From a virus (Duplodnaviria; Caudoviricetes), in IMG/VR virus record IMGVR_UViG_3300021959_007005: 64,000 bases of DNA; one strand, 5' to 3'. Positions within the stretch are counted from its first letter, which is position 1. Every line of letters begins with the position of its first letter. The notes beneath the pieces are model-generated. The model did no database searches. It saw only the letters and a program-made list of their open reading frames with translations, and was not told the DNA's origin. This document shows positions 8,658 to 17,599 of this stretch, piece after piece. A program made the position numbers and the translations under genes.

Positions 8658-9077
8658 ATGAAAAAATTACTAGCTACTATAGCAGTACTAACTGCTTTCA
8701 CAACTACTGCCTTTGCCGCAGACACTACAGTCGAAATGTTAAACAAACGTGATGACGGCGCCAAAATGGTGTACTCAGAAGATATCACACGTATTGATGT
8801 AGGCGATACGATTACTTGGGTACCAACAGCAAAAGGTCACAATGTAGAATTCATTGCTGGTCCAGATGGCTGGGATGCACCACGTAAATCAAAACTCAAC
8901 AAAGAAGTTGCGATTACATTTGACACACCAGGCGTATATCTATATCAGTGTTCACCACACAAGTCAATGGGTATGATTGCTATTGTTGTCGTAGGTGACG
9001 GAGACAATGATGTATCCAAAGCCAAAGTAAAAGGCAAGTCAAAGAAAAAACTAAAGGCATTGTTGAAAGAGTTATAA
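8658..9077 (+). CDS. paz: Pseudoazurin (type-1 copper protein)
   Basis: Signal peptide; GHNVEF and YQCSPHKSMGM supply the His/Cys/His/Met ligands. Confidence 0.9.
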   Translation: MKKLLATIAVLTAFTTTAFAADTTVEMLNKRDDGAKMVYSEDITRIDVGDTITWVPTAKGHNVEFIAGPDGWDAPRKSKLNKEVAITFDTPGVYLYQCSPHKSMGMIAIVVVGDGDNDVSKAKVKGKSKKKLKALLKEL

Positions 9078-9080
9078 GTT

Positions 9081-9488
9081 ATGCTTAAAAACTTGGTAAA
9101 CAAAATCCCAGAGTTTTGTATGACTCATTGGTTGCTACGCTTACCGCTTATTGTTGTATTTGTACAGCAAGGAATGGACAAGTGGCCAATCGACGTAAAC
9201 GACTCACCAGTAGAATTAACTCTACTGGTGTGGTCAGTTGTTGTATTAGGTGAACTGGGCGCCGCATTAGGTTTAGTAGTTGGCGGTGTAATTGGACTGC
9301 AAAAGCGTATTAAAGAGCTTGGCGATATGATTACACGATTCTCGGGCATTACTATTGCCAGTATTATGACAGGTGTTATATGGACTGGCGAGCCTGAAAG
9401 TTTCACAGACGTTATACTATATGATCACTTTCATGTCCTACTATGGGTAGGTGGAATGTACTTCGCTCTGCGAGGAAACAGAACTTGA
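9081..9488 (+). CDS. DoxX-family membrane protein
   Basis: WLLRLPLIVVFVQQGMDKWP, GELGAALGL, TM pattern. Confidence 0.7.
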   Translation: MLKNLVNKIPEFCMTHWLLRLPLIVVFVQQGMDKWPIDVNDSPVELTLLVWSVVVLGELGAALGLVVGGVIGLQKRIKELGDMITRFSGITIASIMTGVIWTGEPESFTDVILYDHFHVLLWVGGMYFALRGNRT

Positions 9489-9655
9489 TTAAAAGATGGT
9501 GGCGGATATGGGCTAAAAGCCTTGGCGAAAAAGTTGGTGAAACTGATGCGCAAGCAAATGCAGTAGCAGCAATTCGAACGTTTTGGTGGGTAGTACACAT
9601 CCTCACTTGCTTTGCAATTATTATACACAACACCAAAAAATTAGGATGGTGGTAA
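9485..9655 (+). CDS. Small phage membrane protein
   Basis: WWRIWAKSLGEK...AIRT; TTG start re-called. Confidence 0.5.
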   Translation: MIKRWWRIWAKSLGEKVGETDAQANAVAAIRTFWWVVHILTCFAIIIHNTKKLGWW

Positions 9656-9671
9656 TGAGAGGAAACAGAAC

Positions 9672-9875
9672 ATGACCGACGAAGAAATGAGAGCCTCACT
9701 ACAAGCCGAAGCAGAGAAAACATTTGCTGGATTTATCTTGTGGAGTAAGCGAGGATCATATGCGGCAATTGCGGCTTTGTTGGTTGCAGCATCGTGTAAC
9801 TTCGGTGTCGACGAAAGTAAGTACTCGGGATACAATGGCGCACAGTATAACCCTTCAGGACTAAGTACAAAGTAA
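9672..9875 (+). CDS. aa3-type cytochrome c oxidase subunit IV-like
   Basis: EAEKTFAGFILWSKRG followed by a TM helix. Confidence 0.5.
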   Translation: MTDEEMRASLQAEAEKTFAGFILWSKRGSYAAIAALLVAASCNFGVDESKYSGYNGAQYNPSGLSTK

Positions 9876-9978
9876 TGCATGGCGACAGAGGCAATCCTAA
9901 AATAGTTATATTAATGCTTGCCTTATGCGTTGTATTACATATAGTCGTTATACCAATTTGGATGTGGAGTTTAGGATT

Positions 9979-10194
9979 ATGAAACCAAATAACAACTTTG
10001 ACTTATCAGTTCGTGACATTGAAGTCATTGAATCAGCACTAAGAGCAAAAGCTGGACGCAGAGGAATGGCTATTGCTCAAGGTGATACATCAACCCAACT
10101 CCATTCGGAGATGACAGAGATACAAGCACTACTCGGACGTATTCATGATCAAAAAGTATGGTACAGGCCTAAAGGTAAATTTGTAAGCGGTTAG
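9979..10194 (+). CDS. Hypothetical protein
   Basis: MKPNNNFDLSVRDIEVIESALR; start re-called. Confidence 0.55.
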   Translation: MKPNNNFDLSVRDIEVIESALRAKAGRRGMAIAQGDTSTQLHSEMTEIQALLGRIHDQKVWYRPKGKFVSG

Positions 10195-10952
10195 GCTTCG
10201 ATTTTATTTGATATGTGTTTAACATAGTGGGTCATACTATGATCACTTAAACTATCAAAAAATTGGCGCTGTTTCCACGCTGCACGATATCCCCTAAACC
10301 TGTCTTTAAATCGTTGCCATAACGTAGCATTACGAATATTTCCATATGTATTAATGTAATGTAAATTTCCAGCATGTTTAAAGAATAATGAAGCTGGAGG
10401 AACACGAGTTACAATATCATTATTGTTTACAAAACGATGTATTGTAAAATTTTTATTAACTTCCTTGACCCAACTTTTAGTGCCAGTTCTTGGACTTCCA
10501 AAGTTATAACATATTGTTCCAGCAGGCAGTCTACTAGTTGCAATAGTACTCATTGCTGCACCCAAACTATGCCCACAGGTATATGCTTGTTTATATGGTT
10601 TTTTCAATAACCATTTTTCAATTTCTGGCCAAAGATGATTTACTTGATTTTTAAATCCTTTATGTACTCTTCCTATACCTAGTTCGTTCTTTACATGAAA
10701 TGCTCTGAGATCTGCTTTTATATCACTAAACTGTGTGGGCTCAGTTCCTCTAAATGCTAATATAACATAATCCTTAAATCTTATACCATATGCTTGCGCA
10801 CCATTTTTGTCAAAAAACATAATATCTTTATATCCTAATGATTTGACACTTTTTGTAAAATTGACTTTGTCCTTGTATGCCCATTCGCTTAATTTTGCAA
10901 AATGAGCGGCGTTAGCATAACTAAAATTATTTGTTATGTTATAATTTGTCAT
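10191..10952 (-). CDS. Class 3 lipase
   Basis: AFRGTE, VHKGF, GHSLGAA nucleophile elbow, NNNDIVTRVPP, DHSM. Confidence 0.9.
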   Translation of the reverse strand: MTNYNITNNFSYANAAHFAKLSEWAYKDKVNFTKSVKSLGYKDIMFFDKNGAQAYGIRFKDYVILAFRGTEPTQFSDIKADLRAFHVKNELGIGRVHKGFKNQVNHLWPEIEKWLLKKPYKQAYTCGHSLGAAMSTIATSRLPAGTICYNFGSPRTGTKSWVKEVNKNFTIHRFVNNNDIVTRVPPASLFFKHAGNLHYINTYGNIRNATLWQRFKDRFRGYRAAWKQRQFFDSLSDHSMTHYVKHISNKIEA

Positions 10953-11034
10953 CTTAGACTCCCTGTATTACTCTCTCATACTATATTTATTGGTAAACTG
11001 GGTAAATATATTAAAGTACCTAAAGGGATAGTAT

Positions 11035-11583
11035 ATGAATTTAAGTAAAGACTTTTTAATTAGTTTGCCTACCATGGCAACTAAAAAATTCAGTAATAGT
11101 TTGATTTATATGCATGAACATAATGGTAACGGAGCAGCTGGATGGATAATTAATAAGCCGCTTGATGATAAGAGTAGTGCTAGTGTATCACAAGAAATGG
11201 GGCTAAAGGAAAAAAACCAACCTATTTATTTCGGTGGTCCAGTTAATGTAGAGCAAGCATATGTGTTGCATACTCCTGATTTAAGGCTTAGTAACACTAT
11301 TGAATTAACTGAAAATTTGTGCCTAACTAGAGAAAAGCATATAATCAATATGCTTAATTTAGGAAATTTCCCATCTAAATGGAAGATTGTAATTGGTCAA
11401 AGTCAATGGGGACCTGGTCAATTAGAAAGTGAAATTTATGGAAGTAGAACACAGGGTAAAAGTTTATGGACAAATATACCGTATAGAGAAGATCTTATGT
11501 GGAATACTATCAGTAGTTACCAATGGAGTACTGGATTAAAAGCCAGTGCATCTAATAAAGTAAAGAGCTTGATTACTTTTTAG
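11035..11583 (+). CDS. YqgE/AlgH (UPF0301) family protein
   Basis: GAAGWIINKP, YFGGPV, LHT, WGPGQLESE. Confidence 0.8.
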   Translation: MNLSKDFLISLPTMATKKFSNSLIYMHEHNGNGAAGWIINKPLDDKSSASVSQEMGLKEKNQPIYFGGPVNVEQAYVLHTPDLRLSNTIELTENLCLTREKHIINMLNLGNFPSKWKIVIGQSQWGPGQLESEIYGSRTQGKSLWTNIPYREDLMWNTISSYQWSTGLKASASNKVKSLITF

Positions 11584-11602
11584 TAGTGTTAGCGCACAAC
11601 AT

Positions 11603-11881
11603 TTGAGGTACAGATTAAATAGACTTATGAAACATTTCATCAATTCTTATAGTGCATATTTACCAGTTACTATCAAAGAAGCCAATTGGATGTTTTGGAA
11701 AGTTAATGGTCATCTAATACCTGAAAACTGGAACAACACGGACATTATAAATATGTACGATACATATTTCGCTGAAACATGGGGAAATGAAGACATATCA
11801 TCAATCAGTGAAGATAATTTTGTAATAGCATGGGAAACCAAAAATGGTAATAAGCAACAAAATACAATCTCTATCCAATGA
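11603..11881 (+). CDS. Hypothetical protein
   Basis: ORF in tandem array; start uncertain. Confidence 0.5.
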   Translation: MRYRLNRLMKHFINSYSAYLPVTIKEANWMFWKVNGHLIPENWNNTDIINMYDTYFAETWGNEDISSISEDNFVIAWETKNGNKQQNTISIQ

Positions 11882-12068
11882 AGAACTTAAATTTATTGAA
11901 AAATTAGCAAGATCACAAATGGCATTAGAGGCGGATAAACGTAAAACATATAGTGGATTTTTAACCAAAGGTATGGTCGATAATTCACCAGTAGATACAT
12001 GTCGTAAAATTATCGATGCTGTTCAAAGTCAACAACAACTTAATGTTACAATGTCAACCAAGTGGTAG
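11844..12068 (+). CDS. Hypothetical protein
   Basis: ORF in tandem array. Confidence 0.5.
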   Translation: MVISNKIQSLSNEELKFIEKLARSQMALEADKRKTYSGFLTKGMVDNSPVDTCRKIIDAVQSQQQLNVTMSTKW

Positions 12069-12073
12069 TTAGT

Positions 12074-12289
12074 TTACTTTATATATTTTTTTAATAATAG
12101 ATAAGCAGTATAACACACAAACAAATATATTGTTGCTACTCCTACGTCTACTAGATGTTCTCGCATATGATAGATGAACTCTATTCCTGCTTGAACATCA
12201 CCCATAGACGATGGATCGACGGTAATTGCTTCGACTGTGCCATCTGCACTAAACTCTATAGCAGTTCTTTCTGTTTCATTTGGTTCCAT
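12074..12289 (-). CDS. Small protein with C-terminal TM
   Basis: Coupled to upstream minus-strand gene. Confidence 0.55.
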   Translation of the reverse strand: MEPNETERTAIEFSADGTVEAITVDPSSMGDVQAGIEFIYHMREHLVDVGVATIYLFVCYTAYLLLKKYIK

Positions 12290-12627
12290 TATAAGTTACT
12301 CCCCCAACCTTGACCCCATTCTTCCATTACAAATTCTCCAAACGCCTGACCAAAGATCCATATTAATACAAGTATACATGCTGCCACACATATTGTAAGC
12401 GTCCATATCCAAATTTGTAGTACTGGATGTTTTCCCATTGTCCAATATATTAATTTTTTTATTTTACTCTTTAATCCGTCCAATATATATTTTCCCACAG
12501 TCCATCTCAGTAATCGCATCACTATTAATATTGGTGATGATACAACTTCAATCAGTAGTAAAAATAAGTCAACAGATAGATCCACAACATGGTCTATATT
12601 CAACCATTTGCGAAACCGTTGCCACAT
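12289..12627 (-). CDS. Membrane protein
   Basis: Two hydrophobic spans. Confidence 0.55.
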   Translation of the reverse strand: MWQRFRKWLNIDHVVDLSVDLFLLLIEVVSSPILIVMRLLRWTVGKYILDGLKSKIKKLIYWTMGKHPVLQIWIWTLTICVAACILVLIWIFGQAFGEFVMEEWGQGWGSNL

Positions 12628-12761
12628 TAGTTCTTTCTGTTATGATTTATTTTATCAATCATTTCCTTCTGCTGTTTGATTAATTCTCGCTGTTTATCTA
12701 AAATAATAAATTGTTTGTCCAGCTCACTTAGTTCTGGAAATTTTAATACATTGTCTGACAT
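12627..12761 (-). CDS. 44-aa coiled-coil protein (not in ORF track)
   Basis: MSDNVLKFPELSELDKQ...; AAGGG RBS; minus-strand TAAATA at 12783-12788. Confidence 0.5.
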   Translation of the reverse strand: MSDNVLKFPELSELDKQFIILDKQRELIKQQKEMIDKINHNRKN

Positions 12762-12799
12762 TTATTTTCCCTTACATATTAATATTTATTTAATAAAGA

Positions 12800-12830
12800 T
12801 TGACATCGTTATATACTACTGTTATAAATA
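12800..12830 (+). promoter_or_regulatory. ssrA promoter (sigma70 consensus whose -10 also matches T4-late TATAAATA)
   Basis: TTGACA-N17-TATAAA(TA). Confidence 0.75.
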
Positions 12831-12834
12831 ATAT

Positions 12835-12897
12835 TGTAAACGTTGAAGCAACGTGAACGCATACTGGACCGCGGGGCAGTACCGCGCATCTCCACCA
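12835..12897 (+). ncRNA. ssrA: tmRNA acceptor piece (permuted two-piece ssrA)
   Basis: T-arm CGCGG-GGCAGTA-CCGCG then CATCTCC-A-CCA; 5' end approximate. Confidence 0.92.
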
Positions 12898-12911
12898 TAA
12901 GGACATTGAGA

Positions 12912-13100
12912 ATGGAAATTATCTGGCACATACTATTAACAGTTTGTTCTGGCACAACCTGCTTAGAACAAGATGTACAACAGTTTGAAACTAAAGCACA
13001 GTGTAAAACTATGCTTGTAGAATATACAGAAATGCCAGCGGACGGACATTGGGATACAGTTGAATATATCTGTAAACCTTTAGATTCAGTGTCTTTATGA
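12912..13100 (+). CDS. 62-aa Cys-containing protein inside the tmRNA intervening segment
   Basis: AAGGA RBS directly after CCA; MEIIWHILLTVCSGTTC...C...ICKPLDSVSL; TGA ends 1 nt before the coding piece. Confidence 0.75.
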   Translation: MEIIWHILLTVCSGTTCLEQDVQQFETKAQCKTMLVEYTEMPADGHWDTVEYICKPLDSVSL

Positions 13101-13101
13101 T

Positions 13102-13268
13102 GGGGATGAAATAGGATCGACAGGTGTGGTAGTGAAGTGGAGTTTACCGGATGACTGCGTTATTGGTCAACATTTCTAAATGCAAACGCAAATAGAGCGC
13201 CAGAAATGGCATTAGCAGCCTAAGGGTATGTGGGGGCGGGTACTGCCTAGCAACAGAAGTGCCACTCT
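13102..13268 (+). ncRNA. ssrA: tmRNA coding piece (permuted two-piece ssrA), tag ANANRAPEMALAA at 13182-13223
   Basis: GGGGATGAAATAGGATCGAC pairs with CATCTCC with G3:U70; TAAAT-GCA resume; 3' GCAACAGAA motif; 3' end approximate. Confidence 0.93.
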
Positions 13269-13285
13269 AATGTAAAGGACATCTA

Positions 13286-14071
13286 ATGACAGAGAAATAT
13301 AAAATACAAATCGTTGCACCTGGTCGAACTGGCAGTACTTTTCTTCATCAAGTTTTAAGTGATGAATTGGTGGGCGATAGTGTATATCGTTTCAATGAGC
13401 CAATTGGAGTACCTTATGACGATCTACTATTAGGAGGAGAACTTTTCGACGAAGAGGATTTATCTGATGCACAATATGTTATTGAAAATTCAAAATTTTT
13501 CGATTCGTTAAACAGTGACAATGTAGTGGTAAAGAATGTAGTAGTGCCACTAAAAGAAATGAAAGACTCCCATCCTATTTTATGGGAAGAATACATAAAA
13601 CATAATTGGAATACTGTAATACTATATAGACAAGATCTTTTTTCTACAATAATTAGTTACTGTATAGCAGAATATAAAAATAAAAATGATGATGACATTA
13701 ATCATTTTCAAACTCATACTGCTAAACTAAGCAACCAACTTACATTTGATCAAGAATACTTTACTGAAAAGTTTATGTTCTATGTAGAACAATATAAGAT
13801 TCTTGTAGAGTTTATGAATGAATTTAAAAACCACATTGTATTAGCATATGAAGACTTTTCAGATGATCATGTTGATATTAAACGTAAAGTGCATGGGTTT
13901 GCAGATTTAAATAACGAAGATCAAGTACAACATGTTTTGACAAAAAATATTGATAATAAAGATATGATAGAGAACTATGAAGAATTACATACTTTATTTT
14001 TAACTTTAGTAGAAGAATTTATTGTTGATGGAATTGAAATATCTGAAGATGGAATGTTAAGTATAGACTAG
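13286..14071 (+). CDS. Sulfotransferase-like (Stf0-type) P-loop protein
   Basis: APGRTGSTFL, LYRQDLFSTIISY, LAYEDF. Confidence 0.5.
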   Translation: MTEKYKIQIVAPGRTGSTFLHQVLSDELVGDSVYRFNEPIGVPYDDLLLGGELFDEEDLSDAQYVIENSKFFDSLNSDNVVVKNVVVPLKEMKDSHPILWEEYIKHNWNTVILYRQDLFSTIISYCIAEYKNKNDDDINHFQTHTAKLSNQLTFDQEYFTEKFMFYVEQYKILVEFMNEFKNHIVLAYEDFSDDHVDIKRKVHGFADLNNEDQVQHVLTKNIDNKDMIENYEELHTLFLTLVEEFIVDGIEISEDGMLSID

Positions 14072-14073
14072 AC

Positions 14074-14997
14074 ATGAGTAAAGATATGACTTCTAAAAAA
14101 CAATGTGTTTTTTCTTGCTTTATAGATATATTTCAAGAGAACAGTGGCTTTTTCCTTCAGCAGCCTGTACGTTTTCCAGGTGAGTTTTTTCCTTATCAAG
14201 AAGAAACTTCTACTCAAGGATATAGAGGTAAACATACAGATTACGTATGTGCAAAACAAAATGCGTATGCAGACCATGTAGGAGCAGACTACAAGTTTTT
14301 TAACGATATAGATTTCTTAAACAGCCTTTGGGAAAAACATAATTTAAAAAGAACTGGATTTGAAGATGTGTATCATTATGCATTTTTGCTGATAGATTAT
14401 CTTTTTAATGAACTGGGTTATGACCAAGTAGCTTATTTAGACATAGACGTAGTTCCGTTTATTTTTAAAAAAGATTCTTATAAATCTATTTTTACAGATA
14501 GTTATAAATTACAAGTAACTTATGACAAACCGAGATCTCCTAAATATGATTTACTTAATCAGTATTATAAAAGTAGGTATGAAGAACACTCTAGATATAA
14601 ACAGATCAGTAATTGTGTACAGTGTAATACAGGTGTGGTTTCATTTGACAAAACATTTTGGAACAAAACTAAATTTTTGTTAAGATATATACAATGTCAG
14701 CAACATGGATTTAAAGCAGATGACGAAGTATTATTTTGTGAAGTAATTTCACAATTAGCAGAATACGATTCTCTCCCAGAGTTACTTAACTGGTCTAGTA
14801 ATATCATAGTAAGAAATAATTCTGAATTGGACCATGCGATATTTGATAAATCAAAATATGATTGGTTACCAATTAGCTTCATCCATTTCACAACATCAGT
14901 GGGTAAAGATTTTTTATGTTCTATTGCTGACAATACAGATAATACAATGGAAAATAGAATAGATCGTGTAATAGATTTTTATAAAAAAATAAGTTAG
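14074..14997 (+). CDS. Glycosyltransferase-like protein
   Basis: AYLDIDVV DxD motif, NTGVV, DDEVLF, FIHF. Confidence 0.5.
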   Translation: MSKDMTSKKQCVFSCFIDIFQENSGFFLQQPVRFPGEFFPYQEETSTQGYRGKHTDYVCAKQNAYADHVGADYKFFNDIDFLNSLWEKHNLKRTGFEDVYHYAFLLIDYLFNELGYDQVAYLDIDVVPFIFKKDSYKSIFTDSYKLQVTYDKPRSPKYDLLNQYYKSRYEEHSRYKQISNCVQCNTGVVSFDKTFWNKTKFLLRYIQCQQHGFKADDEVLFCEVISQLAEYDSLPELLNWSSNIIVRNNSELDHAIFDKSKYDWLPISFIHFTTSVGKDFLCSIADNTDNTMENRIDRVIDFYKKIS

Positions 14998-15148
14998 TGA
15001 TAATTGGTAATGTATCAGTAACACAGGCGTTGCATATTTGCAACAAACTTTAGTTAACTTACTATGAAAGTTGACTTTTAACCAAGAAAGTGTTAAATAT
15101 ATATGAAGCAACTGATTACCAGTTGTTTTTTTTACGAACAGGGAAAAT

Positions 15149-15919
15149 ATGATGAATCGTGTATTAGCAATTTTAACAGCAGGCACAATGGTACTCAGTA
15201 CTAATGTATTTGCACAAGATGCTACAATCGGCGGAGAAGTTTCACTAGACTTTAGTGAACAGACTTCAGGCGACTGGGGCGGAAAAATGGGAGTCGACGT
15301 TGATGTTGACTCAGCATTAGGCGGCGTAGCACTGGACTTTAGTGCTACAGATGGCGGCAACCTAAAACTTGACAACTGGACAGTTGGAACGTCAGTAAGT
15401 GGCGTATCAATGGCATTTGGTGATGACAATAGTCTTATGCCAGGTGCAGAAGGCGAACAAACACTAGCAGCGCCAGCAATGACTGAATCACTACAATTAT
15501 CAGTAGGTGCAGCAAGTGTAGCAATTGGTTTTACTGACTGGACAAGCGATATCACAGATATCAGCAACGTTCAAGGTGCTTACACATTAGGCGATGTAGT
15601 AACAGCAAGTGTTGATATGAATCTCGATACAGATAATGTTGTACTAGGTGCGGAAGTTGCAGACCAAGATCTTGGTGTAGCATTAATCGGCGGCGCTGCA
15701 ACATATGACATGGATGCAGAAATGTTTGGCTTTGAAACAGTAGCAAAAACAGGTAGCATCGAATCTTACCTAAATGGTGATCAAGATGACCTATTACAGA
15801 ACATTGGTGCTGAGTATACATATACTATGTCTGAAGGTGTAGAATTTTCAGCAGGCACAAACTACAATTTGGATAGTGAAGATTTAACTCCAACAGTTGG
15901 ACTTAGCTTTAACTTCTAA
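15149..15919 (+). CDS. Alphaproteobacterial-type porin / outer-membrane beta-barrel
   Basis: Signal peptide (VFA-Q), alternating beta pattern, C-terminal VGLSFNF. Confidence 0.75.
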   Translation: MMNRVLAILTAGTMVLSTNVFAQDATIGGEVSLDFSEQTSGDWGGKMGVDVDVDSALGGVALDFSATDGGNLKLDNWTVGTSVSGVSMAFGDDNSLMPGAEGEQTLAAPAMTESLQLSVGAASVAIGFTDWTSDITDISNVQGAYTLGDVVTASVDMNLDTDNVVLGAEVADQDLGVALIGGAATYDMDAEMFGFETVAKTGSIESYLNGDQDDLLQNIGAEYTYTMSEGVEFSAGTNYNLDSEDLTPTVGLSFNF

Positions 15920-15940
15920 GTTAAAAACATAAAATAAATT

Positions 15941-15963
15941 AAGGCTCTTCGGAGCCTTTTTTT
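15941..15963 (+). terminator. Intrinsic terminator
   Basis: AAGGCTC-TTCG-GAGCCTT-TTTTT. Confidence 0.85.
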
Positions 15964-16042
15964 ACGGCTATCTCTTGACTTATACGGATAAGTATACTAT
16001 ATTAGATGTATAACAAATAACATAATGAGTTAGGATGATTAA

Positions 16043-16216
16043 ATGGCTGGATATGAACCATATATTGGATGTGCATTGGCATTATTAATATGTTACATGG
16101 GTTACCGAAAAGGAATTCGTGACGGCATTGAAGCTGCTATTGATGGGATGATAGCACAAAATGTATTAGCTATTGATAATAACGGTGAAATTACAGCTGG
16201 ATCTAAAATTAAATAG
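16043..16216 (+). CDS. 57-aa TM protein (not in ORF track)
   Basis: MAGYEPYIGCALALLICYMGYRKG...; sigma70-like promoter near 15977. Confidence 0.55.
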   Translation: MAGYEPYIGCALALLICYMGYRKGIRDGIEAAIDGMIAQNVLAIDNNGEITAGSKIK

Positions 16217-16238
16217 TAAATCAGAACTACTCGACTAC

Positions 16239-16268
16239 AAGGCATTACTTCGGTAATGTCTTTTTTTT
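16239..16268 (+). terminator. Intrinsic terminator
   Basis: AAGGCATTAC-TTCG-GTAATGTC-T8. Confidence 0.85.
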
Positions 16269-16293
16269 GAGTAAATTTTAAATAAATACGATT

Positions 16294-16581
16294 ATGTTCA
16301 ACTGGTTTAAACCTACCCCAATTGATAGGAGTGATATTGATAGACTGGAACAGCGAGTACGTGATATACGAGGACGCATCTGGGAAGCACAAAATCCCCA
16401 GAAGCCAGTTCTTCCCACACCGAGGATGGACGAAACCAAAGAAATCCAAAGACTCCGTATCAAAAGTGCTGACCTCAGAAGAAGCCTTACTCAAGGACCA
16501 ACGGTATCTAAAGAGTCTCAAATCAAATCAGAAATCACAGAAGCAGAGAGACTCAAAGCAAAGCTCCTTGGAAAAACCTGA
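16294..16581 (+). CDS. Hypothetical helical protein (overlapped by next ORF)
   Basis: TAAATA at 16283; MFNWFKP...RLKAKLLGK. Confidence 0.55.
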   Translation: MFNWFKPTPIDRSDIDRLEQRVRDIRGRIWEAQNPQKPVLPTPRMDETKEIQRLRIKSADLRRSLTQGPTVSKESQIKSEITEAERLKAKLLGKT

Positions 16582-16642
16582 ACCAAAACAGCCAGAGCCT
16601 GCCAAGCCCAAAAAAGAAAAGTATAGCAGTCCTTGGGATTAG
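16337..16642 (+). CDS. Hypothetical protein in a different frame over the previous ORF
   Basis: AGGAG at 16327-16331, TTG start; IDWNSEYVIYEDASGKHKIPRSQF. Confidence 0.45.
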   Translation: MIDWNSEYVIYEDASGKHKIPRSQFFPHRGWTKPKKSKDSVSKVLTSEEALLKDQRYLKSLKSNQKSQKQRDSKQSSLEKPEPKQPEPAKPKKEKYSSPWD

Positions 16643-16670
16643 AAACTAATGAAAGATAAGTTAAAGAAAT

Positions 16671-17030
16671 TTACAAAGCCACAATAACATAAAACAAGTA
16701 ACAGACCATATGTGCAATTTGATCAATACTTTGCAAAGTCCAAAATTTCTGAGATTTCATTGTTAATTTCTTACGGTTTATGTAAGTTGTTTTTGCATAG
16801 TCTATAACAAAATGTAACACAAAATCTAGTAAAGAAAGGGCAATAGCAGTGGGCAGCCCTACTAGAACTAGTACTACTAATCCGGTCAGTACTGCATGGT
16901 CCAGAGCATGTAGATAATTTCTACTATCTTTAAGTGACCCCTTGTCTCCTTTATTATAATGTCGATGTTGTAATGCTAAGTCTGCTATTGCATGCTTTAT
17001 CATTAAGAGGAATAATAATATTGTACTCAT
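16671..17030 (-). CDS. DUF3307 membrane protein
   Basis: KHAIADLALQ, HALDHA, HFVIDYAK, IDQIAH. Confidence 0.75.
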   Translation of the reverse strand: MSTILLFLLMIKHAIADLALQHRHYNKGDKGSLKDSRNYLHALDHAVLTGLVVLVLVGLPTAIALSLLDFVLHFVIDYAKTTYINRKKLTMKSQKFWTLQSIDQIAHMVCYLFYVIVAL

Positions 17031-17197
17031 ATATAACTTTCTATTGACTATTTAATTATAGTAGTGTATTACTATATGTCTATTTAACATTAAATAAAGA
17101 ACGATGAATCGTGATAGTGAGGACTACATAATTACTGATAAAAATTGGCGAGATGATCCGTGCGATGACTGCACACACTGGATTACAGGGTTATGAA

Positions 17198-17395
17198 ATG
17201 TTTGATATATATCAAATAAAACAAACTTCAACAAGCAAAATTTTATATGAGTGTTTGCCGGATAAGGATACTGCATTAGCGATAATGGAGAAACTAATTT
17301 CCCGGAATAGCAGCCTTGCGGACGATTTAGAAATTACCACTGATTTTCAAGAGCCTGTGTATAATAAAACAAAATATGTTGACAAAGACTTATAG
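17198..17395 (+). CDS. Hypothetical protein
   Basis: Start re-called at MFDIYQ. Confidence 0.45.
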   Translation: MFDIYQIKQTSTSKILYECLPDKDTALAIMEKLISRNSSLADDLEITTDFQEPVYNKTKYVDKDL

Positions 17396-17425
17396 TAGTG
17401 TTAAGTTAGTTTTATAGGAGAAAAA

Positions 17426-17599
17426 ATGTATAGTGTTGTTGATACCTCAAACAAAGTATTTGCTATGGCTAGTGAATTACATGATGCTATTGCATTATGT
17501 CAAGGTCCATTTAAAATTGATGAACCTCTACGACATGTTATTGACGATACTGGTAAGATGGTGTATCCAATTCAAGGAGAAGAAAATGAAAGTAGTTAA
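17426..17599 (+). CDS. 57-aa hypothetical protein (not in ORF track)
   Basis: AGGAG RBS; MYSVVDTSNKVFAMASELHDAIALC. Confidence 0.55.
   Translation: MYSVVDTSNKVFAMASELHDAIALCQGPFKIDEPLRHVIDDTGKMVYPIQGEENESS

Noticed and set aside
12866-12897. Possible tRNA 3' half
   Set aside because: The GGCAGTA T-loop and pairing with 13102 identify it as the tmRNA acceptor piece. No complete tRNA cloverleaf was seen in the window.
12843-12911. N-terminal extension of the 85-aa ORF 12843-13100
   Set aside because: It reads through the tmRNA acceptor arm; the RBS supports ATG 12912.
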